From Mobula birostris (taxonomy: Eukaryota), in NCBI RefSeq assembly GCF_030028105.1, contig NC_092384.1, positions 12,674,316-12,738,315 of the forward strand: a stretch of 64,000 bases of DNA, written 5' to 3'. Positions 22,905 through 37,000 of the stretch are shown in pieces. The translations under genes and the position numbers were made by a program. Every line of letters begins with the position of its first letter. Position 1 is the first letter of the stretch. The notes under the pieces were generated by a model that saw only the letters and a list, made by a program, of their open reading frames with translations, had not been told where the DNA came from and searched no databases.

Positions 22905-23150
22905 TTTTCTACTGAATTGAACTGAATTGCCTTTATTTCTTACATCCTTCACATACATGAGGAGTAAAAACCTTTACATTACGTCTCCGTCTGAATGTGT
23001 ATAATTATAGTAATTGTGTAAATAATATGTGCAACAAGACAGTCAACGAGGCATAAAAATACAGTTGTATCAGGGTGACTTAATCAGTCGGATGGCCTGG
23101 TGGAAGAAGCTGTCCCGGAGCCTTTTGGTCCTGGATTTAATGCTGGCAGG
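22905..23150 (-). mobile_element. Rex1/Babar-like LINE 3' end
   Basis: ggcctggtggaagaagctgtcccggagcc is antisense to an LRDSFFHQAI-type C-terminus; tail aactgaattg. Confidence 0.5.
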
Positions 23151-23889
23151 GAAGAGCTGGGGGCTTTGTGTTGCAACGTTTTAAATGACACTCATTCTTT
23201 GGGGCATTCTTCTGTTCTATGCATGTCTGCGAAGAACAAGAATATCAGGATGTATATTACATATATTTCTCTGATATTAAATTTAACTATTGAAGTAATT
23301 CTACAATTTATTAAGGTACTCATCAAACATGGTTGCAGATCCTTGTTTGGTACTACCTTAAAGTGGAATAGTAATTACATTCTACAAAGGCAGCAGGTAA
23401 AATAATGTCAAATATGGTGCTACAGTGTGTTTCTTTTTATGACTCCGTTCTGATATTCAAAGCTGATTAGCTCGACCTCTCTACCAAAATACCAGCGTGG
23501 CCCTTTCAAGATTTCTGTGTCTGCATTTCAGGCTCTCTCTGCTACCCACTGTTTCAATGGAAACAATAACTGTTTCATTCACTGTTGTTACTCATACAAA
23601 ATTTCATTAGACGTTAATTTGCCATTTTGCAACCGCCAACTATCAGTTCACAAGTCCCTATCAAAGTTCATGTTCAAGATTTCTCAATATTCCAGATCCT
23701 CAATCCCCATTTCATAGATTTGAACATTAATTCCAGAATTTCCATTGAATAGAAATTCAGTTATACGGCTATGAAATTATGTTCCTAAATATTTTCTTTC
23801 CAATACATTTTATTCAATGTTTACTTTTGTAATTTATTTTCATCACTTTAATCACAGTTCTACGCTCTATTTGATCACCCATAAAATGT

Positions 23890-24005
23890 GAGACCTGCTG
23901 AAGGGTCTTGAACCGAAACATGAACCGGGTCATGGTCTGCTGATTTCCTTCAACATTTTGTGTGTGTTGCTTTGATTTGCAACATCTGCAGATTTTCTCT
24001 TGCTT
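23890..24005 (+). mobile_element. Degenerate Penelope-derived terminal repeat
   Basis: ctgctgaagggtcttgaaccgaaac...cattttgtgtgtgttgctttgatttgcaacatctgcagattttctc is the same family as 7007-7207. Confidence 0.65.
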
Positions 24006-24114
24006 TTGATATCAGATTACAAAATTAGGTTAGACAGCAGTACAGCAGTAAGATACCTAAGCAAAGCTGGAATCTGTGCCAAACTGCCTGCTAACATCTG
24101 TCTTTAAAAATTAT

Positions 24115-24570
24115 AGAGCATAGAACATAGAACGTAGAATTGTACAGCACAGTACAGGCCCTTCGGCCCACAATGTTGTGACGATCCTTAAACCCTGCCT
24201 CCCATATAACCCCCAACTTAAATTCCTCCATATACCTATCTAGTAGTCTCTTAAACTTCATTAGTGTATCTGCCTCCATCACTGACTCAGGCAGTGCATT
24301 CCACGCACCAACCACTCTCTGAGTAAAAAAAACTTCCTCTAATACCCCCCTTGAACTTTCCACCCCCTTACCTTAAAGCCATGTCCTCTTGGACCGAGTA
24401 GTGGTGCCCTGGGGAAGAGGCGCTGGCTATCCACTCTATCTATTACTCTTAATATCTTGTATATATCTGCCATGTCTCCTCTCATCCTCCTTCTCGCCAA
24501 AGAATAAAGCTCTAGCGCCCTTAATCTCTGATCATAATGCATACTCTCTAAACCAGGCAGCATCCTGGTG
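24115..24570 (-). mobile_element. CR1 3' fragment
   Basis: ORFs 24091-24363 and 24339-24587 (CR1 ORF2 C-terminus); (TAGAACA)n tail. Confidence 0.9.
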
Positions 24571-24698
24571 TAGTTACCAAGTTGCATATTTACAATATCG
24601 TTCTCAATTGGGTATACATTAAACTAAAATATTGGCATCCGTATCCAGGATCCTCTCCATCCTCTGCCGTGCCAACTGGTCACAGAAGACTTCCAGAG

Positions 24699-27600
24699 AC
24701 ATAGAAACATAGAAACACAGAAAACCTACAGCACAATACATGCCCTTCGAACCACAAAGTTGTGCCGAACATGTCTCTAACTTAGAAATTACTAGGTTTA
24801 CCCATAGCCCCCTATTTTTCTAAGCTCCATGGACCTACTGAATAGTCTCTTAAAAATCCCTATCGTATCCACTTCCACCACGGTTGCCGGCAGCGCTTTT
24901 CACGCACTCATCACTCTCTAAGTAAAAAACGTACCCCTGACATCTCCTTTGTGCCTGCTCCCCAGCACCTTAAACCTATGTCCTCTCATGGCAGCCATTT
25001 CAGCCCTTGGAAAAAGCCTCTAACTATCTACATGATCAATGCCTCTCATCATCTTATACGCCTCTATCAGGTCACCTCTCATCCTACGCCGCTCCAAGGA
25101 GAAAAGGCCGAGTTCACTCAACCTATTCTCATAAGGGATGCTTCCCAATCCAGGCAACATCCTTCTAAATCTCCTCTGCACCCTTTCTATAGCTTCCACA
25201 TTCTTCCTGCAGTGAGGCGACCAGAACTGAGCACAGTACACCAACTGGGGTCTGACGAGGGTCCTATATATCTGCAACATTACCTCTCGGCTCCTAAATT
25301 CAATTCCACGTTTAATGAAGGTCAACACACCGTGCCCCTTCTTATCCAGAGAATCAACCTGCGCAGCTGCTTTGAGCATCCTATGGACTCGAACTCCAAG
25401 TTCCCAGTGATCCTCCACACTGCTAAGAGTGTAACCATTAATACTATATTCTGCCATCATATCTGACCTACCAAAATGAACCACTTCACACTAACCTGGT
25501 TTGAACTCCATCTGCCACTTCTCAGCCCAGTTTTGCATTCTATCAATGTCCCTTTGGAAAGTTTGAGAACCCTCTACACTATCCACAACACCTTCAAACT
25601 TTGTAGCATCAGCAAACTTACTAACGCATCCCTCCACCCCCTCATCTACGTCATAAAAACCAGGAAGAGTAATCGTCCCAGAACATATCCCTGAAGCACA
25701 CCACTGGAAACCGACCTCCATGCAGAATATGACCCGTCTACAACCACTCTTTGCCTTCTGTGGGCAAGCAAACTCTGGATCCACAAATAAATGTCCCCTT
25801 GGATTCCGTTCCTTCTTACTTTCTCAATAAGCCTTCCATGGTGTACCTTATCAAATGCCTTGCTGAAATCCATATACTCTACACCTACTGCTCTACCTTC
25901 ATTAATGTGTTTATTCCCATCCTCAAAAATTCAATCAGGATCCTAAGGCACGACCTACCCTTGACAAAGTCATGCTGAATATTCCTACTCATATTATACC
26001 TCTCCAAAAGTTCATAAATCCTGCCTCTCAGGATCTTCTCCATCAACTTCTCAACCACTGAGTTACGACTCACTGGTCTATAATTTCCTGGGCTATCTCT
26101 ACTCCCTTTTTTGAATAAAGGAAGAAAATCTGCAGCCCTCCAGTCCTCCGGAACCTCTCCCGTCCCCATTGATGATGCAAAGATCATCATCACCAGAGAC
26201 TAAGCAATCTTCTCCCTCGCCTCCCGCAGTAGCCTGAGGTACACCTCATCCGGTCCTGGCGACTTATCCAACTTGATGCTTTCCAAAAGCTCCAGCACAT
26301 CCTCTTTCTTAATATCTACATGCTCAAGCTTTGCAGTCACTACAATCACCGACATTCTTTTCCACAGTGAATACTGAATTAAAGTATTCATTAATTACCT
26401 CTGCTATTTCCTCCGGTTCCATGCACACTTTCCCACTGTCACACTTGATAGGTCCTATTCTTCACAACTTATCCTCTTGCTCTTCACATACTTGTAGAAT
26501 GCCTTGAGGATTTCCTTAATCCTGCCCTCTGAGCTTTCGCATGGCCCCTTCTGGCACTCCAAATTTCTTTCTTAAGCTCCTTCCTGTTAGCCTTATAATC
26601 TTCTGGATCTCTAACATTACCTAGCTCACTGAACCTTTTGTAAGCTTTTCCTTTCTTCTTGACTGGATTTACTACAGCCTTTGTAGACCACGATTTCTGT
26701 ACACTACCATAACTTCCCTGTCTCATTAGAACGTACCGATGTAGAACTCCACACAAATATCTCCTGAACATTGGCTACATTTCTTCTGTACTGTCCTCTG
26801 AGAACACTTGTTTCCAATTTAAGCTTCCAATTTCTTGCGTGATAGCCTCATAATTCCCCTTACACTAATTAAATGCTTTTCTAACTTGTTTGTTCCTATC
26901 TCTCGCCAATGCTATTGTAAATAAGATAGAATTATGATCACTATCTCCAAAATGCTCTCCCACTGAGAGATCTGACACCTGACCAGGTTAATTTCCCAAT
27001 ACCAAATCAAGTTCAGCCTCTCCTCTTTTGGGTTTATCTACATACTGTGTCAAGAAACCTTCTTGAACACACCTAACAGTCTCCATCCCATCTACACCCC
27101 TTGCTCCAGGGAGATGCCATTCAATATTTGGGAAATTAAAATCTCCCATCACGACAACCCTGCTATTATTACACCTTTCCGGGACTTGGCTCCCTACCTG
27201 CTCCTCGGTATCCCTGTTACTATTGGGCGGCCTGTAAGAACACCCAGCAAAGTTATTGACCCCTTTCTGTTCCTAACCTGCACCTACAGAGACTCCGCAG
27301 ACAATCCCTCCATGGCATCCACCTTTTCTGCAGCCGTGACACTATCTCTGATCAACACTGCCACGTCCCACCTCTTTTGCCTCCTTACCCGTCCTTTATG
27401 AAACATCTAAAACCCGGCACTTAAACTAACCATTCCTGTCCCTGAGCCATCCAAGTCTCTGTAATGGCCACCACATCATAGCTCCAAGTACTGATCCACG
27501 CTCTAAGCTCATCCGCTTTGTTGAGAATACTCCTTGCGTTAAAATGGACACATCTCAATCGTTCAGTCTGAGCGCGTCCCTTCTGTATCACCTGCCTATC

Positions 27601-27977
27601 CTCTCTCTCGCACTGTTTACAAGCTTTCTCTATTTGTGAGCAAACCTCCTCTCCCCAGTCTATTCCGTTTGGTTCCCACACCCCCCAAAATTCTAGTTTA
27701 AACTCTCCCCAGTAGCCTTAGCAAGCATCCCCGCCAGGATGTTTGTCCCCTTGCGATTCAAGTGCAACCTGTCCTTTTTGTACAGGTCACACCTACCCTA
27801 AAAAAGGTCCCAATGATCCAGAAATCTGAATCCCTGCCCCCTGCTCCAAACCCTCGGCCACGCATTTATCCTCCACCTCATTCTAATCCTATACTCACTG
27901 TCACATGGCACAGGCAGTAATCCCGAGATTACTACCTTTGCGGTCCTGCTTCTCAACTTACTTCCTTACTCCCTGTA
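24699..27977 (-). mobile_element. CR1 LINE of about 3.3 kb: ORF1 esterase end, APE, RT, 3' tail; decayed
   Basis: CVHFNARSILNKADELRAW (APE start), MDFSKAFDKV, SKFADATK, (ACATAGAA)n tail. Confidence 0.92.
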
Positions 27978-28089
27978 GTAGACACATGGAAACCATGAAT
28001 AAGTCAAAGTCAAGTTCTTAATAAAACACACCCATGTAGCTATCAGCAGGATTCGTAAGAGAAACATAAATGATACCAAATGTATAAAA

Positions 28090-28712
28090 AAAACACACAA
28101 AAATGAATTAGTGGATAAGGAATGGATTCTCACCTCTTCATCACGAAGGATGATTGCATTTCTTACTTTAATAGCTAGAAGGTCCATCTTGTTGAATTGG
28201 AAAGAGGTCAACCCTCCTACAGTATTTCATTGGTTTTCACAAACTATGGTGTGTCTGAATTTGGAGAAAATTAGAAGTGCAGTTTTTGACCCTTCTATTA
28301 AGTTTGAAAAAATTTGGAGGCCATTTATTCAGCATTTTCATTTGATGTAATTTGATCATTTCCAAACTGGTTTTATTTCTCTGTACTGTTGTTGGAGGGG
28401 AGTGGCGGCGTCGACGCTGAGGTTTTCTTCTTTTCCATTTTTAAGTTGTTAGTTTTGCCCAAGTCTTTTAGTTTAGTTTAGTTTTTTTTTCTTTTAAGAT
28501 GGGGTTTTTTTTTCTTTTTTTTGTCTTTTTCCTTTTTTTTTGCTTTATATTATCCGTGATCAGTTCTACATGTATGGGAGTTTTGGTAATTTCCACTATT
28601 TGGTTTTGCAATTACTCTTTTTTTAAATGTAACAATACATCTCATATTATTTGTATTATTGCTATGTTTTGTTTCTATATTTTGAAATTAATAAAAAGAT
28701 TGAAAAAGAAAG
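28090..28712 (+). mobile_element. L1/Tx1-type LINE 3' end
   Basis: ORF 28111-28350 (MIAFLTLIARRSILLNWKEVNPPTVFHW...LNLEKIR...FEKIWRPFI) resembles a fish L1 ORF2 C-terminus; T-rich 3' UTR; aataaaaagattgaaaaagaaag tail. Confidence 0.75.
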
Positions 28713-31700
28713 GAATGGATTCTCAATATTCCTGGATTTCAGTGCTTTAAAAGGGATAGAGAGGGCGGAAAAAAGGGGAGGAGGGGTGACATTACTGGTC
28801 ATGGATACTATTACAGCTATAGAAAGGGTGGGTAATGTGGCAGGATCCTCTTTTGAGTCAATATGGGTGGAAGTCAGGAACAGCAAGGGAGCAGTTACTC
28901 TATTGGGGGTATTCTATAGGGCCCCTGGTAGCAGCAGAGATACAGAGGAGCAGATTGGGAGGCAGATTTTGGAAAGGTGCAAAAACAACAGGGTTGTTAT
29001 CATGGGTGACTTTAACTTCCCCAATATTGATTGGCACCTGATTAGTTCCAAGGGTTTAGATGGGGCAGAGTTTGTTAAGTGTGTCGAGGACGCATTCCTG
29101 TCACAGTATGTGGACAGGCCGACTAGGGGGAATGCCATACTAGATCTAGCACTAGGTAATGAACTGGGTAATGCTCAGTGGGTGAGCATCTGGGGGATAG
29201 TGACCACCGGTCCCTGGCCTTTAGCATTATCATGGAAAAGGATAGAATCAGAGAGGACAGGAAAATTTTTAATTGGGTAAGGGCAAATTATTATGCTACA
29301 AGGCTAGAACTTGCGGGTGTGAATTGGGATGATGTTTTTGCAGGGAAATGTACTATGGACGTGTGCTCCATGTTTAGAGATCTTTTGCAGGATGTTAGGG
29401 ATAAATTTGTCCTGGTGAGGAAGATAAAGAATGGCAGGGTGAATGAACCATGGGTGACAAGTGAGGTGGAAAATCTAGTCAGGTGCAAGAAGGCAGCATA
29501 CATGAGGTTTAGGAAGCAAGGATCAGATGGGTCTATTGAGGAATATAGGGAAGCAAGAAAGGAGCTTAAGAAGGGGCTGAGAAGAGCAAGAAAGGGGCAT
29601 GAGAAGGCCATGGTGAGTAGGGTAAAGGAAAACCCCAAGGCATTCTTCAACTATGTGAAGAAAAAAAGGATGACAGGAGTGAAGGTAGGACTGATTAGAG
29701 ATAAAGGTGGGAAGATGTATCTGGAGGCTGTGGAAGTGAGAGAGGTCCTCAATGAATACTTCTCTTCGGTATTCACTAATGAGAGGGAACTTGATGATGG
29801 TGAGAACAATATGAGTGAGGTTGATGTTCTGCAGCATGTTGATATTAAGGGAGAGGAGGTGTTGGAGTTGTTAAAATACATTAGGATGGATAAGTCCGCG
29901 GGGCCTAACGGAATATTCCCCCGGCTGCTCCACCAGGTGAGGGAAGAGATTGCTGAGCCTCTGGCTAGTATCTTTATGTCCTCGTTGTCCACAGGAATGG
30001 TACCGGAGGATTGGAAGGAGGCGAATGTTGTCCCCTTGTTCAAAAAAGGTAGTAGGGATAGTCCGGGTAATTATATACCAGTGAGCCTTACGTAAGTGGT
30101 GGGAAAGCTGTAGGAAAAGATTCTTAGAGATAGGATCTAGAGGCATTTAGAGAATCATGGTCTGATCAGGGACAGTCAGCATGGCTTTGCGAAGGGCAGA
30201 TCCTGTCAAACGAGCCTGATAGAGTTCTTTGAGTAGATGACCAGGCATATAGAGGAGGGTAGTGCAGTGGATGTGATCTACAAACTCCATTTCCAGAAGA
30301 GTTGGGATATTTTCCAAAATGCAATACAAACAAAAATCTGTGATATGTTAATTCACGTGAACCTTTACTTAACTGAAAAAAGTACAAAAAAAAAAGATTT
30401 TCAATAGTTTTACTGACCAAGTTAATTGTATTTTGTAAACATACACAAATTTAGAATTTGATGGCTGCAACACACTCAACAGAAGTTGGGACAGAGGCAT
30501 GTTTACCATTATGTTTAATCACCTTTCCTTTTAATAACACTTTTTAATCGTTTTGGAACTGAGGATACTAATTGTAGTAGATTTGCAATTGGAAATTTTG
30601 TCCGTTCTTGCTTGATATAAGACTTCAGCTGCTCAACAGTCCGTGGTCTCTGTTGTCTGATTCTCCTCTTCATGATGTGCCATACACTTTCAATAGGAGA
30701 TAGATCTGGCCTGGCAGCAGACCAGTCAAGCACACGCACTCTGTTTCTACAAAGCCACGCTGTTGTAGCCCGTGCAGAATGTGGTCTGGCATTGTCCTGC
30801 TGAAATAAGCATGGACGTCCGGGAAGAGACGTCGCCTTGATGGCAACATATCTGTCTTCTAAAATCCTAATATACGCCTCAAAGTCAATGGTACCTTCAC
30901 ATACATGAAACTCACCCATGCCGTGGGCACTGAAACACCCCCATACCACCACAAATGCTGGCTTTTGCACCTTTCGTTCATAACAATCTGGATGGTCATT
31001 TTCATCTTTGGCACGGATAACTCGACGCCTGTTTTTCCCGAAAACTAGCTGAAATGTGGACTCATCTGACCACAGCACACGGTTCCACAGTCTTTTGGTC
31101 CATCTGAGATGAGCTCGGGCACAGAGAACTCACCGGCGTTTCTGCATAGAGTTGATGTATGACTTCCTCCTTGCGTAATACAGTTTCAAGTTGCATTTCT
31201 GGATGCACCGACAGACTGTGTTGAGTGACAATGGTTTTCCGAAGTACTCCCGAGCCCAAGTGCCTATAATTGTCACAGTAGCATGACGGTTTCATAGGCA
31301 GTGCCGCATGAGAGCTCGAAGATCATGCGCATCCAACAGTGGTTTCCGACCTTGCCCTTTACGCACTGAGATGTCTCTGAATTCTCTGAATCTTTTCACA
31401 ATATTATCTACTGTAGATGTTGAAAGACCTAAATTCTCTGCAATCTTGTGTTGAGAAATGTTCCTTTTAAACTGACTAACAATTCTCTCACGAATTTTGG
31501 CACAAAGGTGTGAGCCACGACCCATCCTTGCTTGCAAAGACTGAGCCTTTGATGGACGCTACTTTTATACCCAGTCACGATACCTCACCTGCTACCAATT
31601 AGCCTGCTTAATGTGGAGTCTTCTAATCCGGTGTTACTTGAATATTCTGTGAACTTTTCAATCGTATTTTAACTCTGTCCCAACTTTTGTTGAGTGTGTT

Positions 31701-32960
31701 GCAGCCATCAAATTCTAAATTTGTGTATGTTTACAAAATACAATTAAGTTGGTCAGTAAAACTATTGAAAATCTTTTCTTTGTACTTTTGTCAGTTAAAT
31801 AAAGGTTCACGTGAATTAACATATCACGGATTTTTGTTTTTATTGCAATTTGGAAAATATCCCAACTTTTCTGGAAATGTGGATTGAATATGGATTTTAG
31901 TAAGGCATTTGACAAGGTTCCACATGGTAGGGTCGTGGTGGAGGGAGTGCATTCAGATTGGAGGATTGTGACTAGTGGTGTCCCACAAGGATCTGTTCTG
32001 TGACCTCTACTTTTCGTGATTTTTATTAACGACCTGGATGTGGGGGTAGAAGGGTGGGTTGTCAAGTTTGCAGACGACACAAAGGTTGGTGCTGTTGTAG
32101 ATACTGTAGAGGATTGTCAAAGATTGCAGAGAGACATTGATAGGATGCAGAAGTGGGCTGAGAAGTGGCAGATGTAGTTCAACCGGGAGAAGTGTGAGGT
32201 GGTACACTTTGGAAGCACAAACTCCAAGGCAGAGTACAAATTAAATGGCAGGATACTTGGTAGTGTGGAGGAGCAGAGGGATCTGGGGGTACATGTCCAC
32301 AGATCCCTGAAAGTTGCCTCACAGGTGCATTCGGTAGTTAAGACAGCTTATCGAGTGTTAGCTTTCATAAGTCGAGGGATAGAGTTTAAGAGTTGCGATG
32401 TAATGATGCAGCTCTATAAAACTCTGATTCGGCCACACTTGGAGTACTGTGTGCAGTTGTGATCACATCACTGTAGGAAGGATGGGGAAGCACTGGAAGG
32501 GGTGCAGAGGAGATTTACCAGGATGCTGCCTGGTTCAGAGAGTATGAATTATGATCAAAGATTAAGGGAGCTAGGGCTTTACTCTTTGGAGAGAAGGAGG
32601 ATGAGAGGAGACATGATAGAGGAGTACAAGATATCAAGAGGAATAGATAGAGTGGATAGCCAGCATCTCTTCCCCAGGGCACCACTGCTCAATAGAAGAG
32701 GACATGGCTTTAAGGTAAGGGGTGGGAAGTTCAAGGGGGATATTAGAGGAAGGTGTTTTACTCACAGAGTGGTTGGTGCGTGGAATGCACTGCCTGAGTC
32801 AGTGGTGGAGGCAGATACACTAGTGAAGTTTAAGAGACTACTGGACAGTTATATGGAGGAATTTAAGTTGGGGGCTTATATGGGAGGCAGAGCTTGAGGG
32901 TCGGCACAACATCGTAGGCCGAATGGCCTGTATTGTGCTGTACTATTCTATGTTCTATTT
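28713..32960 (+). mobile_element. CR1 LINE (APE-RT-3' end) split by a Tc1 insertion
   Basis: GGGVTLLV, VVIMGDFNFPNIDW, DSDHRSL, ORF 29178-30095. The RT motif AVDVI|YMDFSKAFDKV is interrupted at 30280/31887. (TGTTCTA)n tail. Confidence 0.92.
30281..31886 (-). mobile_element. Near full-length Tc1 transposon (about 1.6 kb) with DD34E transposase pseudogene
   Basis: TIRs caaactccatttccagaagagttggg / cccaacttttctggaaatgtggattg. TA at 30279-30280 (right copy reads AA). MGRGSHL start, WSDE, QQDN, 34 residues to SPIE. In-frame stop near 31292. Confidence 0.95.
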
Positions 32961-32969
32961 AAAGTAATA

Positions 32970-33040
32970 ACACAAAAACGAGAAAATCTGCAGATGGTGA
33001 AAAGCCAAAGCAACAGACATAAAATGCTGTAGAAACTCAA
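32970..33040 (-). mobile_element. Short Penelope-derived terminal repeat fragment
   Basis: aacgagaaaatctgcagatggtgaaaagccaaagcaacagacataaaatgctg matches 7007-7065. Confidence 0.6.
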
Positions 33041-33391
33041 AAGTTTGCTTTTTTTAATAGAGTCCTGGGTGCGAGGTATGTGCTTCTATTGGTGGCGATA
33101 GAGGCGGAAACATTAGGGGCATTTAGGAAACTCTCAGGCACATGGATGATAGAGATATAATGAGCTATATAGGAGAGGAGGATTAAATAGATCTGAGGCT
33201 AATACTGTGTTGTAATGTCCAATGTTCTTAATGTCTATTGCAATGCAAACTGGTCACCGCGTTGGTATGCTAAGGTAGGGTTGGGGTGAGCAGCACTGTT
33301 CAAGAAATGAATGGCTGAAAGGAAGTAGCCGTTCTTGAGCCTGGTGGTGTGGTCATCATGCTTTTGTACCTCCTGCCCGATGGAATAATAT

Positions 33392-34000
33392 ACTTTATAC
33401 TTTATTGTTGCCAAACAATTGGTACTAGAACGTACAATCATCACAGCGATATTTGATTCTGCGCTTCACACTCCCTGAATTACAAATACTAAATATCATA
33501 AGTATTAAAAAATAGTTAAAATTAGTAAATATTAAAAATTTAAATTATAAATCATAAATAGAAAATAGAAAAATGGGAAGTAAGGTAGTGCAAAATAAAT
33601 GAGAGGCAGGTCCGGATATTTGGAGGGTACGGCCCAGATCCGGGTCAGGATCTGTTCAGCAGTCTTATCACAGTTGGAAAGAAGCTGTTCCCAAATCTGG
33701 CCGCACGAGTCTTCAAGCTCCTGAGCCTTCTCCCGGAGGGAAGAGGGACGAAAAGTCTGTTGGCTGGGTATTTGCGACATAACCACCTGACTTTCGAACT
33801 CAGTGCCTCGACTAATAAAAACAAGCATTCCATAAAGCTTTGTAACCATCTTATCGACCTGTAGCACTGCTCCGACAGCGTGCGGTGTAAAGTCAGTCCG
33901 CGGACTGAAGATTGTGAAGTGCTGCGCCGTGTTCACGATCTTCTGCAGCTTCTTTTGGTCTTAGACAGGACAACTTCCATACCAGGTTGTGATGCACCCT
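33392..34000 (-). mobile_element. Rex1/Babar LINE 3' fragment containing a foreign 96 bp insert
   Basis: LFVPLPSGRRLRSLKTRAARFGNSFFPTVIRLLN* (ORF 33645-33833); insert at 33768-33863. Confidence 0.75.
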
Positions 34001-37000
34001 AGAAACCATAGAAACCATAGAAACTGCAGCACAGAAACAGGCCTTTTGGCCCTTCTTGGCTGTGCCGAACCATTTTCTACCTAGTCCCACTGACCTGCAC
34101 ACGGACCATATCCCTCCATACACCTCCCATCCATGTATCTGTCCAATTTATTCTTAAATGTTAAAAAAGAACCCGCATTTACCACCTTGTCTGGCAGTTC
34201 ATTCCATACTCCCACCACTCTCTATGTGAAGAAGCCCCCCTTAATGTTCCCTTTAAACTTTTCCCCCCTCACCCTTAACCCATGTCCTCTGGTTTTTTTC
34301 TCCCCTTGCCTCAGTGGTTTTTTTCTCCCCTTGCCTCAGTGCCTGCTTGCATTCATTCTATCTATACCCATCATAATTTTATATTCCTCTATCAAATCTC
34401 CCCTCATTCTTCTACGCTCCAGGGAATAAAGTCCTAACCTATTCAAACTTTCTCTGTAACTGAGTTTCTCAAGTCCCAGCAACATCCTTGTAAACCTTCT
34501 CTGCACTCTTTCAACCTTATTTATGTCCTTCCTGTAATTTGGTGACCAAAACTGAACACAATACTCCAGATTCGGCCTCACCAATGCCTATACAACCTCA
34601 TCATAACATTCCAGCTCTTATACTCAATACTTTGATTAATAAAGGCCAATGTACCAAAAGCTCTCTTTACCACCCTATCTACCTGTGACGCCACTTTTAG
34701 GGAATTTTGTATCTGTATTCCCAGATCCCTCTGTTCCACTGCACTCCTCAGTGCCTTACCATTGACCCTGTATGTTCTACCTTGGTTTGTCCTTCCAACG
34801 TGAAATACCTCACACTTGTCTGCATTAAACTCCATCTGCCATTTTGCAGCCCATTTTTCCAGCTGGTCCAAGTCCCTCTGCAGGCTCTGAAAACCTTCCT
34901 CGCTGTCTACTACACCTCCAATCTTTGTATCATCAGCAAATTTTCTGATCCAATTTCCCACATTATCATCCAGATCATTGATATAGATGACAAATAACAA
35001 TGGACCCAGCACTGATCCCTGTGGCACACCACTAGTCACAGGCCTCCACTCGGAGAAGCAATTCTCTACTACCACACTTTGGCTTCTTCCATTGAGCCAA
35101 TGTCTGATCCAATTTACCACTTCTCCATGTATACCTAGTGACTGAATTTTCCTAACTAACCTCCCATGCGGGACCTTGTTAAAGGCCTTACTGAAGTCCA
35201 TGTAGACAATATCCACTGCCTTCCCTTCATCCACTTTCCTGGTAACCTCCTCGAAAAACTCCAACAGATTGGTCAAACATGACCTACCACGCACAAAGCC
35301 ATGTTGACTCTCCCTAATAAGTCCCTGTCTATCCAAATGCTTGTAGATTCTGTCTCTTAGTACTCCCTCCAATAATTTACCTACTACCGATGTTAAACTT
35401 ACCGGCCTATAATTTCCCGGATTATTTTTCGATCCTTTTTTAAACAACAGAACAACATGAGCCACTCTCCAATCCTCCGGCACCTCACCTGTAGACAGCG
35501 ACATTTTAAATATTTCTGCCAGGGCCCCTGCAATTTCAACACTAGTCTCCTTCAAGGTCTGAGGGAACACCCTGTCAGGTCCCAGGGATTTATCCACTTT
35601 AATATTCCTCAAGATACCAAGGACCTCCTCCTTTTCGATCTGCACAGTTTCCATGAACTCACTACTTGTTTCCCCTAATTCCATAGACTTCATGCCAGTT
35701 TCCTTAGTAAATACATATGCAAAAAACCTAATTAAGATCTCCCCCATTTCCTTTGGTTCTGGACATAGCCGACCACTCTGATCTTCAAGAGGACCAATTT
35801 TATCCCTTACAATCCTTTTGCTCTTAATATAACTGTAAAAGCTCTTTCGATTATCCTTCACTTTGACTGCCAAGGCAACCTCATGTCTTCTTTTAGCCCT
35901 CCTGATTTTTTTCTTAAGTATTTTCTTGCACTTCTTATACTCCACAAGCACCTTATTTACTCCCTGCTTCCTATACATGTCATACAACTCCCTCTTCTTC
36001 TTTATCAGAGTTGCAATATCCCTTGAGAACCAAGTTCTTTATTCCTATTCACTTTGCCCTTAATCCTGACAGGAACATGCAAATTCTGCACTCTCAAAAT
36101 TTCTCCTTTGAAGGCTTCCCACCTACCGATCACATCTTTGTCAGAGAACAACCTGTCCCAATCCAAGCTTTTTAGATCCTTTCTCATTTCTTCAAATTTG
36201 GCCTTTTCCAGTTAAAAACCTCAACCCTAGGACCAGATCTATCCTTGTCCATGATCAAGTTGAAACCAATGGTGTTATGATCACTGGAACCAAAGTGCTC
36301 CCCTACACAGACTTCCGTCACTTGTCCTAACTCGTTTCCTAACAGGAGATCCAATATTGCATCCCCTCTAGTTGGTCCCTCTATATATTGATTTAGAAAA
36401 CTTTCCTGAACACATTTTACAAACTCTAAACCATCTAGACCCCTAACAGTATAGGAGTCCCAATCAAGATATGGAAAATTAAAATCCCCTACCACCACAA
36501 CTTTATGTTTCCTGCAGTTGCCTGCTATCTCCCTGCAGATTTGCTCTTCCAATTCTTGTTGACTATTGGGTAGTCTGTAATACAATCCCACTAATGTGGC
36601 CATACCTTTCCTGTTTCTCAGCTCCACCCATAAGGACTCAGTAGACAAGCCCTCTAATCTGTCCTGCCTGAGCACTGCTGTAATATTTTCCCTAACAAGC
36701 AATGCTACTCCCCCACCTTTCATTCCTCTGCCTCAATTACATCTGAAACATCGGAACCCTGGAATATTAAGCTGCCAGTCCTGCCCCTCCTGTAGCCAAG
36801 TTTCACTAATTGCTATAACGTCATAATTCCACGTGTCAATCCATGCCCTCATCTCATCCGCCTTCCCCGCAATACTCCTAGCATTGAAATATATACACCT
36901 CAGAAGATTTTTACCACCACTCACAACCTTTCTATTAGCGGATTTGCTTGAACTTTTAACAGCATTTATTTTCACCCCAGCCACACTGTCTGCTCTGGCA

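Noticed and set aside
34578-35987. 469 aa ORF as a host gene or active LINE
   Set aside because: It is CR1 ORF2 RT; neighbouring segments are frameshifted, so the copy is not intact
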